The position numbers and the translations under genes are program-made. Below the pieces are notes generated by a model, which saw only the letters and a list, made by a program, of their open reading frames with translations, was not told the origin of the DNA and ran no database searches. Source: Pristiophorus japonicus (taxonomy: Eukaryota). Taken from it: 64,000 nt of DNA. Of the stretch, positions 56,801 through 64,000 are shown piece after piece (position 1 is the first letter of the stretch; the number at the start of each line of letters is the position of its first letter). The DNA lies in NCBI RefSeq assembly GCF_044704955.1, contig NC_091993.1, positions 7,688,001 to 7,752,000 of the forward strand, read 5' to 3'.

Positions 56801-58244
56801 GGGTAATCGAGTTGTAATGCCTAAGAAAGGGAGAGAGAAGTTTGTGCGTGAGTTACACAGCACACATCCTGGCATAGTGATGATGAAAGTCATTGCCAGG
56901 TCTCACGGATGGCGGCCAGGAATTGATTCTGAGCTGGAAGCATGCATGCATCAGTGCAACACCTGCATGCAGCTCAGCAAAGCACCAGCGGAATCGCCGC
57001 TGACTCTGTGGTCATGGCCATCCAAACCATGGTCCAGAGTCCATGTAGATTTTGCAGGTCCCTTCCTGGGCAAGATGTTTTTAGTGGTGGTGGATGCTTA
57101 TTCGAAGTGGATAGAATCCATAATCATGTTATCCAGTACGTCCACGACAACCATAGAGAATCTCAATATCATGTTCGCGACACATGGTCTGCCTGACATA
57201 GTGGTGAGCGACAATGGGTCGCGCTTCACCAGTCAGGAGTTTCAGGAGTTTGTAAAACTTAATGTCATAAAACATGTAAGGTCAGCACCGTTCAAGCCTG
57301 CATCCAACGGGCAAGCAGAACGTGCAGTACAAATTATCAAGCAAAGCATGAGGAGAGTCACCCAAGGGTCACTGCAGACCCGCTTGTCTTGCATACTGCT
57401 GAGTTACAGGACAAGACCCCACACACTCACAGGGGTCTTGCCTGATGAACTCATGATGAAAATAGGTCTTAAGACCAAGTTATCTCTTGTCCACCTGGAT
57501 TTAAGTAATCATGTTGAATACAGAAGACAGAGTCAACAAGGGTACCACGATCGCGCAACTGTGTCACGCGAGATTTCTGTTAATGATCCTGTATATGTGT
57601 TGAATTATGATCAGGGTCCCAAATGGATTGCTGGTATGGTCATGGCCAAGGAGGGCAACAGAGTATTTTTATTAAGCTCAAGAATGGGCAAACTTGCAGG
57701 AAACACATGGATCAAACAAAGCTGAGGCACACAGGCGAGCCAGAGCAGTCGGACGAAGAAAGCGTTGACAACCAAACCAACCTCCCAGCAGCCTTCAGTG
57801 GACTCAAGGGTCATCAGTGAACCCGGAATTTCCATCACGGACTTGGTCAATAAAAATGGACTTGCAATTCCTGACATGGCCACTGCCACCCCCAACAAGT
57901 CAGCCATCCAGCCACCAGCCACAACAGACCCCGCACATTCACCCAAGGCCGGAATCGAACTGAGACGGTCAACCTGGGAGCGTAAAGCACCGGACCGTCT
58001 CAACCTGTGAAAGACTGCGATAAGATCTCAGAGGAGGGTATTGTCATGCATGTACATGCTGTTTGTAGCTACCAGGTGGTATCATTGTTGGAGGCCACTG
58101 AGCAGCACGCACATGGTGCTGCTCTGGTATAAAAGGCCAGCCATTTGGTGAGTCAGGCACTCTGGGCCAAAATAAAGCAGAAGCAAGGTTGCACTTTGCT
58201 TAGTTAAACAGTACTCAGTTTGAACCTTTATTGCATACATAACA
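50896..58244 (+). mobile_element. Full-length decayed Gypsy element D (Mag-like): split 5' LTR 50896-50965 plus 53801-53931, 3' LTR 58042-58244; TSD ATTTT
   Basis: Matching ~200-bp TG...CA LTRs; ATTTT at 50891-50895 and 58245-58249; PBS TGGCGACGAG at 53934; polypurine tract gaggaggg; gag-PR-RT-RH-IN with stops and frameshifts. Confidence 0.95.
50964..53800 (-). mobile_element. Young CR1 LINE with nearly complete ORF2 (APE endonuclease plus RT) inserted into the 5' LTR of Gypsy D
   Basis: ITETWL, GDFN and SDH endonuclease motifs; KFADD; one frameshift near 52378; (CATAGAAA)n tail. Confidence 0.95.
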
Positions 58245-59479
58245 ATTTTCAATACATTTCTTTCCATTACTTTAATCTCTCTAATTGCTAATTCTAAAGT
58301 CATATCTGAAGTAGTAAGTTTATCCTGCAAGATATTTATATAACGTGTTGATGGTGACAGTCTACAAGGGCATTCCCCATCCCTGTGGAATACAGGCTTC
58401 TCAGGTTTCTAAGACCTGACAATGCTCCCATTTACTTGAGGTTGCTGGGACTGTCAATATGGAGATACAAAGTTCCTCTCTCATTTGATAAAAATTGATT
58501 TTGTTTAAAACGTCCAGCATAACAACAGTGACTACATTCCAAAAGAGCTTCAATGACTGTAAAGTGCGGTGGTCGTGAAAGCCACTATACAAATGCAAGT
58601 CTTTCTTTCTTTATAAGTGTGTAGAACATGCTACAAATTGGGGATATCTCCTCAACTAGGTAAAAAAATATGATCAGCTTCAGGTTCGGTACACCTCAGT
58701 GTTGGCCCCGAAACCTGGAGTGATGTAAAAGAAACTGAGAGGGTGATTGTGCAGCTCCTGCCGTACAATAGCGCGCTTGTTTACAGCTACCTCCCAGGTA
58801 TTGGTGCCCGGAAAAGTTAAATTGTTGTTTTTTTTTGCCATTGGAGGATTGTATTCCAATGCTATGTCAGTAGATCAGCTGTATGTCTGTATATAATGAC
58901 AGCAAAAGGCAGAAAAGCCCTGGAGCTGGGTGCAAATTGTGCAATTTAACTGAGAAGCAAGCCAGTCACGAGCTAACTCTCTCTACACAAGCAGTACAAA
59001 TTTTCTCCACAAGCAAGTCTGGACATTAGAGCATTTTACCAAGCAGTTGGTCAAATAATAAAGTAACATATATGTTTCTATATAAGGCAGCTCCAATATA
59101 TGCGTTTCTATCTTACTGTGGTAGCATCAGCATGTGATGAATGACAACATAGCCAAGAAAAAGGAAGGAAAGACAAAGGATAAGTCAATTTGGTGTACAA
59201 TATAAGACATAATGTATAGCATAGTGTCTGACATGGAAACTTGACTGCCAGGTGTCTGGTATGTGACTCAGTAGGAACTAAATAGGGAGAGTAAATAATG
59301 AAGATAAACTTTAATCTCTAAGGCATCACCATTAAGATTTTTCTTTGGGGCCATTGATGAGTTGTCGTGTTAAGCAGTTTGGCGTCACTCCAAAAAAGCA
59401 TCATCTGATTGACTTGGTTACTTCGATAATGCACCAGGTCACCTTTCAAGGAATATTTACTTTGAACAGGTTAATGCCT

Positions 59480-62417
59480 TCCCTGGACTCACAGCAATGT
59501 GGTTGACTCTCTGCAATGGCCTAGAACTCAGTTGTAATAAACCGCGACAAGAAAAAATAAGAAGAATAAAATCGGACGGATCACCCAGCATTGACCTTGG
59601 CACCGGCTTCGGACATGCAACGGTACACTCAGCCCAGTCAACTGGGCAAAGTCCTCCTCACTAACATCTGGGGATGTGTGCCAAAATTTGAGAGAGTTGT
59701 CCCACAGACTAGTCAAGCAACAGCCTGACATAATCATACTCACAGAAGCGTACCTTTCAGCCAATGTCCCAGACTCCTCCATCACCATCCCTGGGTATGT
59801 CTTGTCCCACCGGCAGGATGGACCCACCAGTGCTGGTGGCACAGTGGTATACAGTCGGGAGGGAGTGGCCCTGGGAGTCCTCAACATTGACTCCGGGCCC
59901 CATGAAGTCTCATGGCTTCAGGTCAAGCATGGGCAAGGAAACCTCCATCTGATTACCACCTACTGCCCTCCCTCAGCTGATGAATCAGTACTCCTCCATG
60001 TTGAACGAGACTTGGAAGGGCACGGAATGTACTCTGGGTGGAATACTTCAATGTCCATCACCAAGAGTGGCTTGGTAGCAATACTACTGACCGAGCTGGC
60101 CGAGTCCTGAAGGACATAGCTGCCAGACTGGGCCTGCAGCAGGTGGTGAGAGAATCAACATGAGGGAAAAACCTACTTGATCTCATCCTCTACCTGTCGC
60201 AGATGCATCTGTCCATGACAGCATTGGTAGCAGTGATCACCGCACAGTCATTGTGGAGACAAAGTCCCGTCTTCACACTGAGAACACCATCCATCGTGTT
60301 GTGTGGCACTACTATCAAGCTAAATGGGATAGATTTAGAACAGATCTAGCAGCTCAAAACTGGGCATCCATGAGGCACTGTGGGCCATCAGCAGCAGCAG
60401 AACTGTATTCCACCACAATCTGTAACCTCATGGCCCGGCATATCCCTCACTCTACCATTACCATCAAGCCAGGGGAACAACCCTGGTTCAATGAGGAGTA
60501 CAGAAGAGCATGCCAGGAACAGCACCAGGTGTACCTAAAAATGAGGTACCTACCTGGGGAAGCTGCAACACAGGACTACATGCATGCTAATCAGCAGAAG
60601 CAGCATGCTATAAACAAAGCTAGGCAATCCCACAACCAACGGACCAGATCAAAACACTGAAGTCCTGCCACATCCAGTTGTGAATGGTGGTGGACAATTA
60701 AACAAGAGCCCAGCACACAAGTGCAAAAGACAAGGCTGAAGCATTTGCAACCATCTTCAACCAGAAATGCCAAGTGATTGATCCATATCGGCCTCCTCCT
60801 GAGGTCCCCACCATCACAGAAGCCAGTCTTCAGCCAATTCTATTCACTCCATGTGATAGAAAGGAGCAGCTGAGCGCACTAGATACAGCAAAGTCTATGG
60901 TCCCCAACAACATCCCGACTATCGTGCTGAAGGCTTGTGCTGCAGAACTAGCCGTGCCTCTAGCCAAGCTGTTCCAGTACAGCTACAACACTGGCATCTA
61001 CCTGACAAAGTGGAAAATTGCCCAGGTATGTCCACAAATAACAGGACAAATCCAACCCGGCCAATTACTGCCCCATCAGTCTACTCTCAATCATCAGCAA
61101 AGTGATGGAAGGTGTCATCGACAGTGCTATCAAGCGGCACTTACTCACCAATAACCTGCTCACCGAACCTCAGTTTGGGTTCTGCCAGGACTAGTTGGAT
61201 CCAAACCTCATTACAGTCTTGGTCCAAACATGGACAATAGAGCTGAATTCCAGAGACGAGGTGAGAGTGACTGTCCTTGACATCAAGACAGCATTTGACC
61301 AAGTGTGGCATCAAGAAGCCCTAGTAAAATTGATGTCAGTGGGAATCAGGGGGAACACTCTCCACTGGCTGGAGTCATACCTAGCACAAAGGAAGATGGT
61401 TGTGGTAGTTGGAGGTCAATCATCCCAGCCCCAGGACATCACTGCGAGAGTTCCTCGGGAAAGTGTCCGAGGCCTAACCATCTTCAGCTGCTTCATCAAT
61501 GACCTTCCCTCCATCATAAGGTCAGAAGTGGGGATGTTCGCTGATGATTGCAGAGCGTTCAGTTCCATTTGCAACTCCTCAGAAAATGAAGCAGTCCATG
61601 CCTGCATGAAGCAAGACCTGGACAACATTCAGGCTTGGGCTGATAAGTAGCAAGTAACTTTTGCACAACGCAAGTGCCAGGCAATGACTATCTCCAACAA
61701 GCGAGAGTCTAACCACCGCCCCTTGATATTCAATGGCATTGCTATCGCCAAATTCCCCACCATCAACATCCTGGGGGGTCACCATTGACCAGAAACTTAA
61801 CTGGACCAGCCACATAAACGCTGTGGCAACAAGAGCAGGTCAGAGGCTGGGTATTCTGTGGCAAGTGTCTCACCTCCCGACTCCCTATCGTCTTGCCATC
61901 ATCTACAAGGCCCAAGTCAGGGGTGTGATGGAATACTCTCCACTTGCCTGGATGAGTGCAGCTCCAACAACACTTAAGAAGCTCTACACCATCTGGGACA
62001 AAGCAGCCCGTTTGATTGGCACCCCATTCACCACCATCAACATTCACTCCCTCCACCACCGGTGCACCGTGGCTGCAGTGTGTATCATCTACAAGATGCA
62101 CTGCAGCAACTCGCCAAGGCTTCTTCGGTAGCACCTCACAAACCCACGACCTCTACCACCTAGAAGGACAAGGGCAGAAGGTGCATGGGAGCACCATCAC
62201 CTGCAAGTTCCCCTCCAAGTCACACACCACCCTGACTTGGAACTATAACACCGTTCCTTCATCGTCGCTAGGTCAAAATCCTGGAACTCCCTCCCTCACA
62301 GCACTATGAGAGGACCTTCACCACAAGGCACACCACCATGTTCTCAAGGGCAATTAGAGATGGACAATAAATGCTGGCCTTGCCAGCGACGGCCACATCC
62401 CGGAATGAATTAAAAAA
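59480..62417 (+). mobile_element. Decayed CR1-group LINE of a distinct family (APE plus RT); exact clade uncertain
   Basis: PDIIILTE, LDIKTAFDQVWH, MFADD and YKAQVRGVMEY; tail gcaataaatgctggccttgccagcgac...gaatgaat, also present as a short fragment at 16468-16600. Confidence 0.85.
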
Positions 62418-64000
62418 TATATAATATAATGGGCAGAGGATTTATCAAATAAATACATTAAGCGTTTAGCTGCTAACATTGCTAACATAGCTCCTGGTAT
62501 TTTCTTGTCTATGGTTATTGCAGCTGCAGATTAACACTCATTCAGCAATTATCGCAATTACTCGAGTTACCAACTTTGGAACTCCAATGAGAGCAGGATA
62601 GAGGTAGGATTGTGGCTCACACTTTCATATTCTGCTAATGAAAATTTATTCATCCCAAATATTAATCTTGATATCTAATCCCTCCAAATTGTAAGACACA
62701 GATTGGAGAAAATTAACTTACTGGACATCTTACCTACCTCACATTTTACAAATTTTTGGACAATCAGATATGGTTACCGTTCACCTGTTTTTTGGATCAA
62801 ACTACCAATTGCATGAAGTATCCTGCAGTTGTTGTCTCGTGATACAAGCCCCTGATTTAAAAATAAAGTGAACACAAAATAAACTGTCCTACCAACTCCA
62901 CAAGTATCTTTATTAGTAAAAGTCTTGGGATAGGATTTCCACTGGCTGCTATGTCTTAGCAATATAAACAAGGCTAAAGATTGCTTCGAAAAGAACATAT
63001 TTACTATTGTGCTGATTAGACGAAATCTTCCAGTTTCATGTGCATTTTCATAACACATTGTCCCCTCCCCCGACCTTGTATCGATATGAACATATCTTCA
63101 TGGTGCTGTAGTGCGGTAGGACTCCTTCAGTCAGTCAGTTGACACCAATCATATCTGTTTGCACTAACCTCAGCTCCTCCAGCTCTGCTTCCACTCCCAG
63201 ATCGCCCCATTCATGAAGCAGCAAGATGATTGGGAGATGACACAGCGCAGTCTTCAGGTTTGAGCCTGCTTCCGACTCGAGCAGAGTGGAGTGGGCCTAA
63301 GTCGGAGTTGAGTCGGCCTGAGACGGCAGTGGAGGCCAACAGAAATACACATAACACACCGCGAGAACAATCAGTATATCATAAAATAATATCAATAATT
63401 GTTAGGCAGTAATCTATTCCTGGAGATCAGATGGTGGTCATCAACTATTCAAGCTTTGCCCTCTTGTCATCTGAATATCTCGAGGAAACTACTTCCTGAT
63501 AATCTGGATAGCCTTTATGTATCCCATTCATTTTTTCTTCATGAAGATTTCTGACAATTTTGTCACTTCTGCTGCCTATTCAGATCTACTATTTTGCCTT
63601 TGGACAGGCTGAATAGACTGTAGCTGCACAGTTGCACTAACCAGCAAACTGGCCCCCATTTCCAAGTCAGTATGTTGCAACGGCAAATGAGTTAACTCAT
63701 TGGACACAAATCATGGTACAGGTATAATCATTACTGGCGTCTACGACTCCAACTGGCCCAAAGACATAGTGGAGGGAGATTTGACTAACCAGATTTAGGT
63801 GTCAACTTTCCATTTAAGTATTATATATATTTTTATTTATACGGTTGCAAAAAATGAAGGTGCATTCAACGCACAATCTAAAAATAATAAAAATCGAAAG
63901 AGAACTGCTTTAAAAGGTGGTGTCTATCTTTACAATGTTTACCGATGTTGTGTAATATGCTTGCCTTGCATGGGTAAACATGTGTATCTTGCACTTTGTA

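Noticed and set aside
63169-63298. Exon-like minus-strand segment (LESEAGSNLK...AELEELR) as the missing CATSPER2 first exon
   Set aside because: It ends in phase 2 whereas phase 1 is required, and it has no similarity to the CatSper2 N-terminus.
63943-64000. Open minus-strand frame ending in a phase-1 GTAAAC donor at the window edge
   Set aside because: The phase fits, but there is no recognisable homology and the donor is weak; it cannot be judged without flanking sequence.

Overview
Eukaryotic DNA, most likely from a cartilaginous fish (shark-like); this is inferred from the SacSINE1/Deu-type SINEs, the CR1 LINEs with (CATAGAAA/CATAAGAA)n tails and the Mag-type Gypsy elements. The one host gene I can support is CATSPER2 (sperm cation channel subunit 2) on the minus strand. 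I traced ten coding exons by hand from 50812 to the stop at 3844. They join in one open frame (1283 nt, consistent splice phases) covering S1-S6, the S4 voltage sensor, the TLDNW pore and the C-terminal WPRDSLFRY motif. I did not find the first coding exon; it probably lies beyond 64000. Introns are dominated by nested transposons: four decayed Mag-like Gypsy LTR elements with tRNA-Ser(GCT) primer sites where the 5' LTR survives, several CR1-group LINEs, an RTE and an RTE-tailed non-autonomous element, SINEs, GGG-ended MITEs with 3-bp TSDs, a Penelope-like inverted repeat with hammerhead cores, a candidate ERV-like solo LTR and G/C-rich minisatellites. The best leads are a probable U12-type intron in CATSPER2, CTCF-like motifs and a conserved palindrome in the Gypsy LTRs, a tail-to-tail fused Gypsy pair and a templated insert at a CR1 5' junction. 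I found no convincing wholly new biological system. All family names come from recall and hand comparison, not database searches.
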